Shown in pieces: positions 1 through 13,031 of a DNA stretch of 64,000 bases. The position numbers were made by a program, and so were the translations under genes. The DNA is from Eledone cirrhosa (taxonomy: Eukaryota). The DNA lies in contig OZ024742.1 of assembly GCA_964016885.1 (NCBI GenBank), forward strand, positions 268,956,001 through 269,020,000, written 5' to 3'. Position 1 is the stretch's first letter, and every line of letters starts with the position of its first letter. The notes under the pieces were generated by a model that made no database searches, was not told the origin of the DNA, and saw nothing but the letters and a program-made list of their open reading frames with translations.

Positions 1-1000
1 CCTATCTGCTGGGTCATTTCTATGTTTAGATATTATTCTAATTTCTATGTTGCCTATATTACCGTCGTGTTGTTGTCTGGCATGTTCGTATAGCACTGAA
101 CCGATTTTTCTTCCTTTTAGTTACCCCAAGTATTGGTCTATCCTTTCACTTATGCTACGAGCTGTCTCGCCTATGTATGTTGTTGTCATGTTTCTGTAAG
201 TACCATCTCTACATCTTATGCTGTAGACTACGTTTCTAGTTTTACAGTTTATCCGGGGGTTTACTTTACATATGATACATTTCCTATTGGTACAGTGGGT
301 TTTCTTAAAAGGGTAGGTTTTGCTGATCAGGGATTTTAAGGTGGTTCCTGGTTTTTCTACCACCTTAATCTTTAAGTGGGTCTTTCTCAGGGCCTTTCGA
401 CACTGGTTAGCTAATTTCCCTCCAGGGGTAGCGTCCGCAAACATGACACTCTGGTATCTCTGGTTGTCGTACCATGAGGTGGCTTTCCCTATCTTATGTC
501 TAGTCCTATCTAAGCTATTCATATGATTTTCTCCTGTATAATGGGCAAATTCCTTTCATGTGCAGTTCTATGAGGTCTTATACTTCTCCGTGGCTTCTTA
601 GAGTATATGAAGAGGTCTATGGAGCTCTCATCAAGGAGATCTTTGAGTCTCCTTTCTCACCATACCCTAAAATGTTTGGCGCCAATGGCTGCTCGCTCAT
701 TTTGGGTGTAGATCTTCTCGTTGAACTTGAATATGTGTTCCTTTAGGGTAGTTTTGATACTAGCCCCTATTGCATGTGCGACCATTTTTCTTACCTGATC
801 ATTGTTTTGGGGGTGTCCGTATAGCTTTGGTCCACCCAATCCACCTCCCATGGGAGTATTTTTTGTCACTGAGGTTATGATGTGGGGTGGGGGTCTACCA
901 ATTATGGGCCTACAGGGGCATAAACGTCTAAGGTCATGGCTGTCTTGGTAGTCAGTGTCGTACGTAAGACTAAGTAGGAGGCCCAGTGTGTCATATAAAC
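1..1000 (-). mobile_element. Penelope-like element fragment, lineage B (RT remnant plus GIY-YIG endonuclease), internally deleted
   Basis: ORF 121..522 has the Cys-rich linker and NVVYSIRC...YIGETARSISERI (GIY-YIG). ORF 657..1004 has HIFKFNEKIYTQNERAAIG, a PLE RT motif B-like segment. Confidence 0.85.
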
Positions 1001-1009
1001 ACACACTAG

Positions 1010-1415
1010 TAAACTAAGATAGAATACAATAACCAATACACAGTCACCCAAACACCAACACACATCAAACAAACACTATACACACAGGCAAACGCATGCG
1101 CAGAGAAGACAAAAAATAAACAAACAATAAATAAATAAACAGACTAAATAAAGATGGCGTAGGCATACAATGCAAGAGGAGGAAACATAATAGCACCACT
1201 GTTGATGTTTCAGATGTGCAACGAAAGAACTTTGTTAGACTATATATATATGTGTTTGTGTCTATATTGTATCTATATTTTTGACCGTTGGTCAGTCAAT
1301 GGTAAGATTGAGGACCGAATAAATTAAATGAACCGATATAAAGGATACAGAAGCGAAAACCAACCAAACAGTGAGTGTGTTCTCTTATTAATTCTGGCAA
1401 TACTATTACACAAAT
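1010..1415 (+). mobile_element. PLE terminal repeat (pLTR), inverted relative to the adjacent body, with a degenerate hammerhead
   Basis: Similar to 37057-37420 and 15530-15738. CTGTTGA-tgtttcagatgtgcaac-GAAA at ~1199-1226. Confidence 0.7.
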
Positions 1416-1849
1416 ATGACCCTCCCCAAGTATATCTATATCTATATCTCTCTCTCTATATATATATATACATATGTGTGTGCGTGTCTGTGTATACAAT
1501 GATAGATTGTCAGGATTTATGTAATGGGAAAATCTCATATATGAAATTCTTTTTCACTTGATATTTATAATTTGCTCGATACGTTATATCCCACGATTGT
1601 TGCAGGTAGCTTGCGGTATTTTTACTACATTTTTTTCTTCGGTCTGGTCCACCTAAGAGTTGCACATAGCTGTCGCTGCATTTTACACATTTAGCTGGGC
1701 TTTTATTAAATTAGTTGAATTCTTAATGCCGCGTAACTGTAACTTGATTTGTTGCTGTCTGGCAACACGTCCAGTTGTCGCTTGCAGTACGGTAAATGGT
1801 GGTGAATTAGATGTTGGTAATGTTCATGACAATTTATGTGCTTATATGC

Positions 1850-2119
1850 GCGCACACACACACATAAACACATACACACACACATACACACAAACATACA
1901 CCTATGTATGTATGTATGTATGTATGTATGTATGTATGTATGTATGTATTTATGTATATATGTATGTGTGTGTGTGTGTGTGTGTGTATGTGTGTGTGTG
2001 TGTATTTGTGTGTGTGTGTGTATTTGTGTGTGTGTATATATGAATGTACTATATATCCATATATATATATATAGAGAGAGAGAGAGATACAGAGAGCGAT
2101 ACAGAGAGAGAGAAAGAGG

Positions 2120-2179
<60 letters not shown>

Positions 2180-2180
2180 A
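1850..2180. repeat. Compound microsatellite (CA)n/(TATG)n/(TG)n/(GA)n
   Basis: Directly visible. Confidence 0.95.
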
Positions 2181-4670
2181 GCATACGTCCAATATACGGA
2201 TAGATAGACTGATGAAAAAAATAGTTTATGGTTGGTAATTAACTTCTTTTCTGAGAAGCAGTTTACTACTCATGCATATTGTATTTATTGAAAGCAATTT
2301 ACCAGCGCACCAGCAGGCTTTTAACGATGAAAGGCGATTAACAATGCATTAGTGAATGTCAGCTTCGCTCTATGAGGTTTGTATTATTAGCTTACGCACT
2401 TTACCTATCATGTCCATCAATCACTGAGAGATTCCGAAAAGTCTTCTCTAAACAATGTTTTTGATTCCCTTCTCACAAACATATTGTTTAACCTTGTTAA
2501 GAGCAAATAAAAACGAGAAATATGATTCATATTAGGTCACTTAGGGCAGTGGTAATTGTAGGTAAGTTCCCAAGGTCATTATTACATCGTACTAATATAT
2601 GTTACTGTTCTATACAAACATGCATACTATTTGATTCTACTCATCGAATATATATTACAGGATTTTGGTGCAATGGACGTAAATTCACATGTCTCTATGC
2701 GCATTATTTTAGTTGTTATCTAACTATAGTTAATAATATGAAGTGTCAATATGTTAATGTAATTATACTTGAATAGATACCATGTATATGGTTGCCGTTC
2801 AGAAGAATGCCTATTGTCTTTCTGATCTGAATAAAAATATGCGCCGCGAAATAGATTGACTATACCCTAAATCGGTACCGCATTAAAACAAGTGAAAGAA
2901 ACAGTATTTATTCATCACGAGGTTGGGTTGGACACGTATATATGGATCTCAAACAGTATTGGAATAAATAAAGATTGCAGAGAGCTATCAAGAAATGACT
3001 AGTTATCAAACAACGCTATTGCCTCTAGTCGCTCATGCGCCAGAGCTGGATGAAAACTCATGAAAACTGCCAAAAATATAATTTTCTTTACAACTTACCA
3101 GAAGTAATATATATGTAACAGATAATATACTGTCTGGATGTTCATGGATGGAATGAATTTGATTACAAGTCTGCTCTATCAGGGTGATCTGGATCTAAAC
3201 AGTAACAGTACCATTTGGAAAATCCCATCAAACATTATCCATCGAAACGATAGACTATAAAACTGAAGTTTGAATAAAAGGTAGTAACAGAAAACATACA
3301 AAGGAATCTACATTAGTAGTTTAAACTTATGAATCAATATTGGACGAATTTGGCGACGATATTTATTCAGAAAAGCATCTATAATTGATACATTCGGCTC
3401 CGTAATAAATCCTATAAAATGATGTTTGAACGATATTGGTGCTTTGGAAGTAATATGTCCATAGGCTATCCTTCTGGCAAAAACATATAGATAGAAATGG
3501 TGTGCAAAAGAGAACGGCAATAACATCGACGTAAATAATTACGTGTAGTTAGCAACATAACACTATTACGTGAATATGAGGAAGAACAGTAACAGCAGCA
3601 GCAACTGCCATTAATGTTCTAACAAGGGAACATCATGTCAGGATCCATTCAGAATCATAAAACTGTATTTCGTTATGTTGCCACCGGCTTTATTACTCCA
3701 TGATGTTTATACATTAATCGAAGCCTATTTTATTATTAATTATTATACATGGTTTCAGAAGCACATCAAGTATTTCCTTTCAAAGACTCTGGAAAGTGAG
3801 CATAAAAACGATTTATATTAACACATGTGTATAAATGCTTATTGATATTTACAGATCCTGATGAAACTATTTTCTGCAACGTGCATATGTCTATTCACAT
3901 ACGTAATATTTAAATTGGGCATAATTACATCTGTGTTAATAACAAATAACATTAGATAAGGCCATTTCTAATTGCCACGATGTTCTAATTCAAGAATTTA
4001 CAAAAAAGATTGCTTGTATACTTTTTCAGCTCATTTCTACAAAGTTTTAAATTCATCAGGTGATTCCACGTTAATCATTAATAGATATTGACCTTTTTGT
4101 CATAGAAATCTCACCATGAATATTATACACTATCTACTGACCCCTACAATATCATTTCATAATATAGATGCAGGTTCATGCGTTCTCAGAATTGAACCAA
4201 ACACATCGCTAAGGTAGCAAAGATTATAAAGTCGTGTTCCATGGACCTCTAGTATTTTTCGGTATGTCACAAATATAATAAAATTATATTTTAAAAAACG
4301 GTGAAACTGTAAACAGATATAGTAAATATGAAGCCTCAAGTGAAATTATTTATTCATATCGACACCAAGTAAGCAGATTGCAAATATCTTATCGATTACT
4401 GTACATCAAATATCTAATAGTCTTGTTTACCTGAGTTTGACATATAAATATCGTTCCTTCCTATAATGTACATAATATTTTACTCTTTTACTCTTTCACA
4501 TGTGCCAGCCATCCGGCTGAGACGATGCTGTTTACACACAAAAACCATGCTAAAACGCACATACAGGCATGCACAAAGAACAATGATACACTTAACAGCT
4601 ACACAAAGACATGCTCATACACATGTTCACAAGAACACTCACTCCCCCAGACCCCATATATATATATATA

Positions 4671-4900
4671 AACTTGATCACTTTGACCGACCAGTCTGTC
4701 GGGCGTCCATTCAGCGCCGCTGGTCACCGCACGCCGTCCATTCCTCTCTGGATCGTGCTTTCCTCATCCATGTATTCCCAATCGTATTCTTAAATCGTAA
4801 CTCCACCCTCATGGAGGCTTTCCGAATGGTCGTTTCCGCTCACGCGGGTACTACTCTGCAACTGCGCAGATTCACCGAATATCGGCGAACCGGGCGTCTA
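4671..4900 (-). mobile_element. RTE-clade LINE 3' fragment
   Basis: Minus-strand translation YPRERKRPFGKPP...TWMRKARSREEW matches RTE C-termini. Ends in aagtgatcaag. Confidence 0.7.
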
Positions 4901-4910
4901 GCTTCAAGTA

Positions 4911-6302
4911 GTGCACTTTGAAGATAGTTATTGGGTCCGCAGGGATAGACCCTCGGAATTCGACATTACGATGGGTTCTAATGATTCGGCGGAGGTCACG
5001 GATTTGGTTGGGATCTATATAGCCCATAGACTCCAGAGCGAATTTACGGACCTCCACGGCGGAATACACCGCGACGATACACTTCTATTAGTCAAGAATA
5101 TGAACAAACAAAACCTAGAAAGGCGGCGTAAAAACATTAGGAAACTTTTCTTAGAACTAGGGCTTAATATTACCTTTGAACACAATCTTAAGGTGGTCAA
5201 CTTCTTGGATGTTACCTTCAACCTTAATAACGGTAATATAGAGCCATTTCACAAACTTAATGAACATCTTAAGTACGTTAATGTAAAACCGAACCATCCT
5301 CATTCCATTATTAAATCTATCCCTAAAAATATATCCATAAGGATCTCCCGACTGTCGTCCAATTTGCAAACCTTCAACGAGCATGCTGAATATTATAATG
5401 ACGCACTTAGAAAAGCTGGTTACTGCGAGAAAATTGAATATCTAGACGATAACCACATAAGTACTATGAATAAAACACATCTAAGTCGAACTAGTATTGC
5501 ACCACACACACACATCAATAGGCATACTAACAGGTGCAAACCAGCAAATAGAGTCAGACGTAGAGAGTACATATGGTATAACCCTGTGTACAATTCTTCT
5601 ATTAGCACTAAGATTATCTCACAATTCTATACACTAATCAATAAACACTTTACAACTTCACATAAATACTATAAAATCTTTAACTCGCGCACCATTAGAC
5701 TCTCATACTCCACTGCACCTAACATAGAACAACTAATTAGAAAACTCAACTCATCAATACTAAATAAGTACATCCCTAATGACTCAGCGCACCAGCATAG
5801 CAACATGCAACGCACTAACACGCAACCACAACCCCACCAAACTATCCAGGATTCTACTGCAAAACATAAAAATAGTTGTAACTGCACCAAACCAGGTACG
5901 TGCCCACTGAATAACCAGTGCCTAGCACGCAATATTGTCTACCGGTGTACAATAAATTCCGGGACCAACAAATGGTATTATGTCGGATGTACCGCAACTT
6001 CTTTCAAGGCTCGCCTATACCAACATCGATCTTCGATCAGGCACGAGAAAATGCGCTCCGTAACAACCCTCGCCGATAAAGCCTGGCAGCTTCGGAGGAA
6101 CAATCAAGCGTTCTCCCTTGATTGGCAAATTATTGCAGCTGCGCCTGCATATCAGCAAAATCATCGATTCTGCAAGTTATGCAACTTAGAGATATACTGC
6201 ATTTTAACGTCGGTAAACAAACTTTTGAACAGCAAAATTGAACGTTCTCTATACTGTAACCATCGTTTGAAAACGACTTTTTCTTTTTTTAAATGCATAT
6301 AA
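4911..6302 (+). CDS. PLE polyprotein C-terminal part: reverse transcriptase plus GIY-YIG endonuclease (5'-truncated)
   Basis: FDITMGSNDSAEVTDLVG, GIHRDD (catalytic DD), VNFLDVTF, WYNP, CNC..CPL..CL, IVYRC..YYVG, H/CxxC/H. Confidence 0.88.
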   Translation: MHFEDSYWVRRDRPSEFDITMGSNDSAEVTDLVGIYIAHRLQSEFTDLHGGIHRDDTLLLVKNMNKQNLERRRKNIRKLFLELGLNITFEHNLKVVNFLDVTFNLNNGNIEPFHKLNEHLKYVNVKPNHPHSIIKSIPKNISIRISRLSSNLQTFNEHAEYYNDALRKAGYCEKIEYLDDNHISTMNKTHLSRTSIAPHTHINRHTNRCKPANRVRRREYIWYNPVYNSSISTKIISQFYTLINKHFTTSHKYYKIFNSRTIRLSYSTAPNIEQLIRKLNSSILNKYIPNDSAHQHSNMQRTNTQPQPHQTIQDSTAKHKNSCNCTKPGTCPLNNQCLARNIVYRCTINSGTNKWYYVGCTATSFKARLYQHRSSIRHEKMRSVTTLADKAWQLRRNNQAFSLDWQIIAAAPAYQQNHRFCKLCNLEIYCILTSVNKLLNSKIERSLYCNHRLKTTFSFFKCI

Positions 6303-6712
6303 TGTTACCTTTTTACACCAACGTTTACAAATTTCTGTTTTATATGTTTATACACTAGATATGGCTTTCTATAATAATAGTACTAAACACTGTTTTTCTG
6401 GACCCCTTTAGAAATAACCTGCTACTATAATAGCCCTAATAACTTGTCTGCGACATTGTACCACTTTGACCCCTCTAACTGAATTTTGTCCGAACAACAC
6501 CACTAGAAGTATCTACTTCCCAGCCAACCTTAGCACGCCTCATTAAGCTAACTGCTGCCAAAACATTCTCTCTTCACAATCTCTACTAGTCTGACAGTCT
6601 TAAACCCTAAGACTCCCTCCACCTTACTCACTTCCCTCTTCCCCTTCTCTTCCTACCTCCTTCTTTATCTTTTATCTAGTGTATAAAATATTTTCATATC
6701 ATTCTAATACAA

Positions 6713-6830
6713 AGGTCTGATGACATGGTGTGTTGGCTTACAGTGTACTTTCGGTTTTTGATAATATTTGTGTATTATTCAAATAGCGAGGTATAGGTAA
6801 CTCATACACTATAGAAACAAATTGTTACCT
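6713..6830 (+). ncRNA. Type I hammerhead ribozyme with 90-nt stem II
   Basis: aggt-CTGATGA-[rod 6724-6813]-GAAAC-aaatt-GTT-acct. Stem I is aggt/acct. Confidence 0.75.
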
Positions 6831-6871
6831 AATAAATTCTATATACCCGCATTTCCATTTCGTAAATTTTT

Positions 6872-6904
<33 letters not shown>

Positions 6905-6908
<4 letters not shown>

Positions 6909-7327
6909 AGGGTAAATATTGAGGCAATTCAATTCAAGCACTCAACGTACTTTTTCCACGTAGGAGTGACGGAGTAAATATCTAATAAGGAAAAGCGAAG
7001 TAGTTTCAGATGTTCAAGTCCCTTAATAATAATGCTGTGATATATATTTCAATGGCGACACTGGCCACACTGTTCTGTGTGCGAGTGTCGTGACATCATC
7101 GGACAGCTTGTTACATAATAAGGTTATGTTTCCGAGGCAATCCAAATTGAATCGACATGGGAACGGATGAAATGTGTGCTTTTGGGTTTATCACCCGTTC
7201 CCCTGTGAGTACCAATTCACCCCCACCGGACTGCGCGTGCGCATGTCCGAAGGAAGTTGACCATTGATATATATCACAGCATTATTATTAAAGGACTTGA
7301 ACATCTGTAACTACTTCGCTTTTCCTT

Positions 7328-7332
<5 letters not shown>
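6905..7332. mobile_element. Fold-back PLE-terminus element in (TA)n
   Basis: Inverted arms ~6984-7055 and 7261-7330, with (TA)n on both sides. Confidence 0.75.
7034..7107 (-). ncRNA. Hammerhead motif (variant core CCGAUGA)
   Basis: Reverse complement: gctgt-CCGATGA-tgtca-cgacact..agtgtcg-ccatt-GAAA-tatata-TC-acagc. Confidence 0.6.
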
Positions 7333-7409
<77 letters not shown>

Positions 7410-7413
<4 letters not shown>

Positions 7414-7658
7414 ATAGATTTCTTTATTCTTTGTAGATAAGTAATGTATCAAACATAATCAATTAACATATTACATGTTTCTCCGTCGGTCAGCTGAAGG
7501 CAGGATCTGTTACAGATCGAACGGAGAAGCATACATTATATGTTAATAAATTGTGTTTTGATGCATTACTCATTCCTCGTTATATATAATAATATGCTCT
7601 TCTCTGCGCGAGCATCGAGTGATCATACGGCATACCGCCCACATTTAATTGCAACCCT

Positions 7659-7666
<8 letters not shown>
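7410..7666. mobile_element. Small degenerate fold-back element containing an HHR 3' half
   Basis: Arms ~7440-7490 and ~7516-7571. The reverse complement of the left arm reads GAAAC-at-GTA. Confidence 0.5.
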
Positions 7667-7691
<25 letters not shown>

Positions 7692-8082
7692 ACGTATGTA
7701 TGTATGTGTGTGTATATCTATATGTATATATATGAAGTATTTCCGTCGGAAGGGTAAATGAGTGGAGAGTGCTCTATATATGCTACAGAGCTATTTAATT
7801 ATCTTACGTCCATATTAAATTTTCATTCTGGTGAGCGATTTCAGAGGTCTCTGTTCAGCTCGTCTGTCTTCGTGAAACATTTGGTTTAGCAAGATTCTTT
7901 ATATGAAATCGTGTGTTGAAACCGATATTGTTATACTTTGGAAGGGTCATGTTGCCAATAAGAAACACACGAACCAGTTGCTTTCACTTCAATTTATTAT
8001 ATATTTATAAATTTACAAATTTATAAATCTATAAATTTCTGGTTGGTTGGCTGGTTCCACAACCAGATAGTTGTTTATATAT

Positions 8083-8127
8083 AGTCATAGTCCTTTCGTC
8101 ACACACTCTGTGACCTCTTCAGTGACT
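8083..8127 (-). ncRNA. Minimal type I hammerhead ribozyme
   Basis: Reverse complement: agtca-CTGAAGA-g-gtcaca-gagtg-tgtgac-GAAA-ggac-TA-tgact. Confidence 0.85.
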
Positions 8128-8829
8128 GGGGATTCCTTTCTTTGTTTATGTGCCTCTCCTTTGTTCTGTCCTACGCCATTTTGTTTCTGTGTGTGTGTTG
8201 TGTGCTCAGTTTGCGCATGCGCCCCATCCGGGTGTCTGTGTGGGTTTATGTTCATTTATCTATTTGTTTATTTATTTATTTACTTACATGTTATTGGTTG
8301 GTTGTTTGTTCTATGTGTGTGTGTGTGTTTTCATTTTGTCCTTAATTGTAAGTTGTGATGTTGCTGTTCCACTCATATTTTCTATTTAATTTTGGTTGTA
8401 ATTCTTTTATGTTTATTGCCTCTGTAATTTGTCTAAACATTGCATCTTTTCTGTGTGTAGATTCTATTTTTATTTCTATGTTCTCTAATTTACCCTTGTG
8501 TTCTACCTTAGCATGTTGGTAGAGTACAGATGATTTTTTTTATTATCTTGAAGGTCTCGCCAGTGTTCATTTATCCGTTCCCCTATACTACGAGCTGTCT
8601 CACCTATGTACACTATATTTTTGTCTCTACATTGTCCTTCAGTACATCTTATGCTATACACTACATTTCTAGTTTTACAGTTAATATGGGGGCTTATTTT
8701 ACAGGTTATACATTTCTTATCTATAAATGATGGTCTTTGAAAAGGGTATGTCTTGCTAATAAGTGTTTTTACGGAGGTACCTGGTCTTTCTACTATCTTA
8801 ATATTGAGTTCATGTTCATCGATATTGAG

Positions 8830-9364
8830 TGTAATGTTCATCGATACAACCCCTAGAGGCGAACTAGCCTACAAATTTAGAAGGGCCCTAAATAAATATA
8901 AACTCAATATTAAGATAGAAAGACCAGGTACCTCCGTAAAAACACTTATTAGCAAGACATACCCTTTTCAAAGACCCTCATGTATAGATAAGAAATGCAT
9001 AACCTGTAAAATAAGCCCCCATATTAACTGTAAAACTAGAAATGTAGTGTATAGCATAAGATGTACTGAAGGACAATGTAGAGACAAAAATATAGTGTAC
9101 ATAGGTGAGGCAGCTCGTAATATAGGGGAACGGATAAATGAACACTGGCGAGACCTTCAAGATAATAAAGAATCATCTGTACTCTACCAACATGCTAAGA
9201 TAGAACACAAGGGTAAATTAGAGAACATAGAAATAAAAATAGAGTCTACACACAGAAAAGATGCAATGTTTAGACAAATTACAGAGGCAATAAACATAAA
9301 AGAATTACAACCAAAATTAAATAGAAAATATGAGTGGAACAGCAACATCACAACTTACAATTAA
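8830..9364 (+). pseudogene. PLE GIY-YIG endonuclease domain fragment
   Basis: Part of ORF 8753..9364. Its N-terminus is read-through from the inverted arm. Confidence 0.8.
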
Positions 9365-9617
9365 GGACAAAATGAAAACACACACACACATAGAACAAAC
9401 AACCAACCAATAACATGTAAGTAAATAAATAAATAAACAAATAGATAAATGAACATAAACACACACAGACACCTGGATGGGGCGCATGCGCAAACTGAGC
9501 ACACAACACACACACAGAAACAAAATGGCGTAGGACAGAACAAAGGAGAGGCACATAAACAAATATATATAAATATATATACATATATATATGTTTGTAT
9601 ATACAAATATATATATG

Positions 9618-9666
<49 letters not shown>

Positions 9667-9810
9667 ATATATGAACGGAAAAAAATGAAACGAAATTTCA
9701 GTTCTCACTCTTAGAACGGCTGTTACTTAAATATAAGTATGTATAGGTACAGACATATATGTATACAGACGTACAGTTGTATGTATATATATATATATAC
9801 ATACATGCAC

Positions 9811-9897
<87 letters not shown>

Positions 9898-10024
9898 GGA
9901 GGTGAGTTTTATTGTAGTACAATAAAGCAATGCAGATATCCGATAAGAAGCACTCTACAATTTGTAGGACTGGAGTATACATACTATATAAGAACAAAAG
10001 ATGGTTAAAAGAGTTCCATGTATT

Positions 10025-10087
10025 TTCTTATGCGCATTTCAAAAACAAATATCATCATGCAATAATATTTGTGTTTTCATCAGAAAA
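10025..10087 (-). ncRNA. Hammerhead ribozyme
   Basis: Reverse complement: tttt-CTGATGA-aaacacaaatat..atatttgtttt-t-GAAA-tgcgca-TA-agaa. Confidence 0.75.
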
Positions 10088-10279
10088 AACAGGAAGACAT
10101 GATATGAAGGTTACAATACATTCTTACTCTATATCACCTTGTAAAAATCCTTCGTAAACAAACATTTTTTTGACGTTAGATTATTCATCCTCAATTCATT
10201 ATTTTTTTCTCCCTTTCATCTAACTCATTCAAGCTCATCTCTCAATATATCCTTACTTAAATTACCTGTTATTCTTTTT

Positions 10280-10515
10280 AATAATACATATCAACATTTT
10301 CTTTCCATCGCACATATTATTAAACCCTTAATATCATTATTAATACATATAACTTTTTCTTTTCCATCGCACATGTTATTAAACCCTTAAATATTATTCT
10401 TAATACATATTAACATTTTCTTCTCATCGCACATGTTATTAAACCCTTAAATATTATTCTTAATACATATTAACATTTTCTTTTCATCGCACATATTATT
10501 AAACCCCTGAATATA
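10280..10515. repeat. ~60-bp minisatellite, ~4 copies
   Basis: Unit taatacatattaacattttct..catcgcacat(a/g)ttattaaacccttaa recurs every ~60 nt. Confidence 0.9.
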
Positions 10516-10864
10516 CAAACCTTAACTTTACATTATTTTTCTCTTCGTTAATTTTCAAATTCTTTTAATTCATACATTATCTTCCAACGGTTTTCAACCT
10601 CTCTATGTAAAACAATATATCTTTCTCAGTTATAAAAGCTATCTCTCTCTCTCTATCACCCATCTCTCCTCCTATCTCATCCTTCCTCATTATACTCCTC
10701 CCTCTCCACTTTTTAATCTCATCTCCTCCTCTTTTTCACCCCCCCCCCCCTCAAATAAATATTTTTTCCCAATATCACACATCAATCTAAAACTACTTTT
10801 CATATGTTGATTTAAAACTGCACTATCCACAAGTGTTTTTTAACCTTCATATCATGTCTTCCTG

Positions 10865-10927
10865 TTTATCTGATGAAAACAAATATTATTGCATGATGAT
10901 ATTTGTTTTTGAAATGCGCATAATAAA
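10865..10927 (+). ncRNA. Hammerhead ribozyme
   Basis: tttat-CTGATGA-aaacaaatat..atatttgtttt-t-GAAA-tgcgca-TA-ataaa. Stem III is palindromic. Confidence 0.85.
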
Positions 10928-10960
10928 ATACATGGAACTCTTTTAACCATCTTTTGTTCT

Positions 10961-11036
<76 letters not shown>

Positions 11037-11166
11037 GTATGGATTCACGGAACATTTATTATAATGCTCGGTGTGTTTGTAAACAAACATCCCGAATTAA
11101 TCTGTATTATCCGAATTAATTGTCTAGTAACCATCATTGCTCATTTGTTCAACACTCACAAAGGGA

Positions 11167-11207
11167 CGCTGTACTAGTTTCAAGCTTATTAACTATCGTC
11201 AGCAACG
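11167..11207 (-). ncRNA. Minimal hammerhead ribozyme
   Basis: Reverse complement: cgttg-CTGACGA-t-agtt-aata-agct-t-GAAAC-ta-GTA-cagcg. Confidence 0.8.
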
Positions 11208-11297
11208 TATACCATCCTGTCAGATGATTCAACGTCTCAATGTATATACATTCCTTGTGCATTATAACGGCTTTCAATCATCTGGCAGGAAGGTATA

Positions 11298-11338
11298 CGT
11301 TGCTGACGATATCTAATAAGCTTGAAACTAGTACAGGG
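11298..11338 (+). ncRNA. Minimal hammerhead ribozyme (stems partly decayed)
   Basis: cgttg-CTGACGA-tatctaataagctt-GAAAC-ta-GTA-caggg. Confidence 0.65.
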
Positions 11339-11680
11339 TTCCTTTGTCAGTGTTGAACACATGAGCAACGATGGTTGCTAGACACTGTACGGCTTAATTC
11401 GGGATGTTTGTTTACGAACACACCGAGCATCATAACAAATGTTCGGCGAATCCATACGTACATATATATATATGTGTGCATGTATGTATATATATATATA
11501 TATATACATACTACAGTACGTCTGTGTACATATATGTATGTACGTATACATAATTATATTTAAGTAACAGCCGTACTAAGAGTGAGAAATGAAATTTCGT
11601 TTCATTTGTTCCGTTTATCGTTTTCGTTACCCCGGGTGATTAACTAACTCGATATGCAAATTAGGCTGCTCAGCCGTATG

Positions 11681-11715
<35 letters not shown>

Positions 11716-11729
11716 GCAAATATATATAC

Positions 11730-11878
<149 letters not shown>

Positions 11879-11884
11879 TATATA

Positions 11885-12064
<180 letters not shown>

Positions 12065-12065
12065 A

Positions 12066-12670
12066 TGAAATGACAGTAGGCTGGATTTGTGTAAATCCTT
12101 GAAAGGTGTATAATACTATGATCATTTTAATGACCGGGTTCCGTATGAATCCGGTGATATCATCAGGTATTCGAAATATAATAAGTGGGTGTAATAGATA
12201 AAATTCCATGGGATGAAAATCAAAGACGACCGCCATCCAGCATCTTCCACCTTTGCCGGTCGCTCTCAAGTGACGTGGCTAAAGCTTACAGTGTGCTACT
12301 ACCGGTTAAATAACAAATTACATTCACTTATTATATTATTATATTTCGAATACCTGATGATATCACCGGATTCATATCTTACAGTGTGCTACTACCGGTC
12401 AAATAACAAATTACATTCACTTATTATATTTCGAATACCTGATGATATCACCGATCATTGAAATGATCATAGTATAATAAACCTTTCAAGGATTTACACA
12501 AGTCCAGCCTCCTTGCATTTCATTCTAATATTTAACTCCGTAGTAGCACCACCAACTACAAAAGCAAAGACGGTTGAACTGCTTTACGTTGAGTACTCCC
12601 CATATTATTACATTAAGACTGACCATACGGAAATGACCAGCTCTATCCAGTGGAGAACCTGAAACCTGAA
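12066..12670. mobile_element. Fold-back element with HHRs in both arms and an internal ~90-bp tandem duplication
   Basis: Arms ~12066-12185 and ~12420-12523. Minus HHR at 12112-12171 (GAAA mutated to AAAA). Duplication ~12286-12377/12378-12453. Confidence 0.78.
12435..12475 (+). ncRNA. Hammerhead motif (shortened stem II)
   Basis: atac-CTGATGA-tatcaccgatcatt-GAAA-tgatca-TA-gtat. Confidence 0.7.
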
Positions 12671-12682
12671 TATATATATATA

Positions 12683-12761
<79 letters not shown>

Positions 12762-12773
12762 ATATATATATGC

Positions 12774-12914
<141 letters not shown>

Positions 12915-12954
12915 TATATGCATATATATATATATTTATATATATATATATATA

Positions 12955-13027
<73 letters not shown>

Positions 13028-13031
<4 letters not shown>

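Larger units (their letters stand above)
4905..6875 (+). mobile_element. 5'-truncated PLE, lineage A (probably Nematis-like), with 3' UTR and HHR
   Basis: RT-GIY-YIG ORF followed by 3' UTR, hammerhead, AATAAA (6831-6836) and (TA)n. Confidence 0.9.
7880..9560. mobile_element. Head-to-head inverted pair of PLE lineage B 3' ends (GIY-YIG plus UTR)
   Basis: ~8145-8810 is the near-exact reverse complement of ~8901-9560. Both arms encode NVVYSIRC..YIGE..RQITEAINI..LNRKYEWN. Confidence 0.92.
9895..10965. mobile_element. Fold-back PLE-terminus element with an HHR in each arm
   Basis: Arms ~9986-10113 and ~10841-10964, plus a 90-nt one-sided tail at 9895-9985. Relatives at 28166-28345 and 36177-36520. 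Confidence 0.8.
11032..11463. mobile_element. Fold-back element with an HHR in each arm
   Basis: Arms ~11032-11232 and ~11275-11463, flanked by TA repeats. Confidence 0.8.
9674..11614. repeat. Outer inverted repeat enclosing two further fold-back elements
   Basis: 9674-9785 is the approximate reverse complement of 11506-11614. Confidence 0.8.

Noticed and set aside
10280-10515. Regularly spaced repeats as a CRISPR array
   Set aside because: Head-to-tail 60-bp units with no unique spacers, no cas genes, and a eukaryotic context.
9895-10965. Fold-backs as DNA-transposon MITEs
   Set aside because: Arms are asymmetric with one-sided tails, fold points differ between copies (9895, 28166, 36177), and they contain HHRs. 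This fits PLE termini better.
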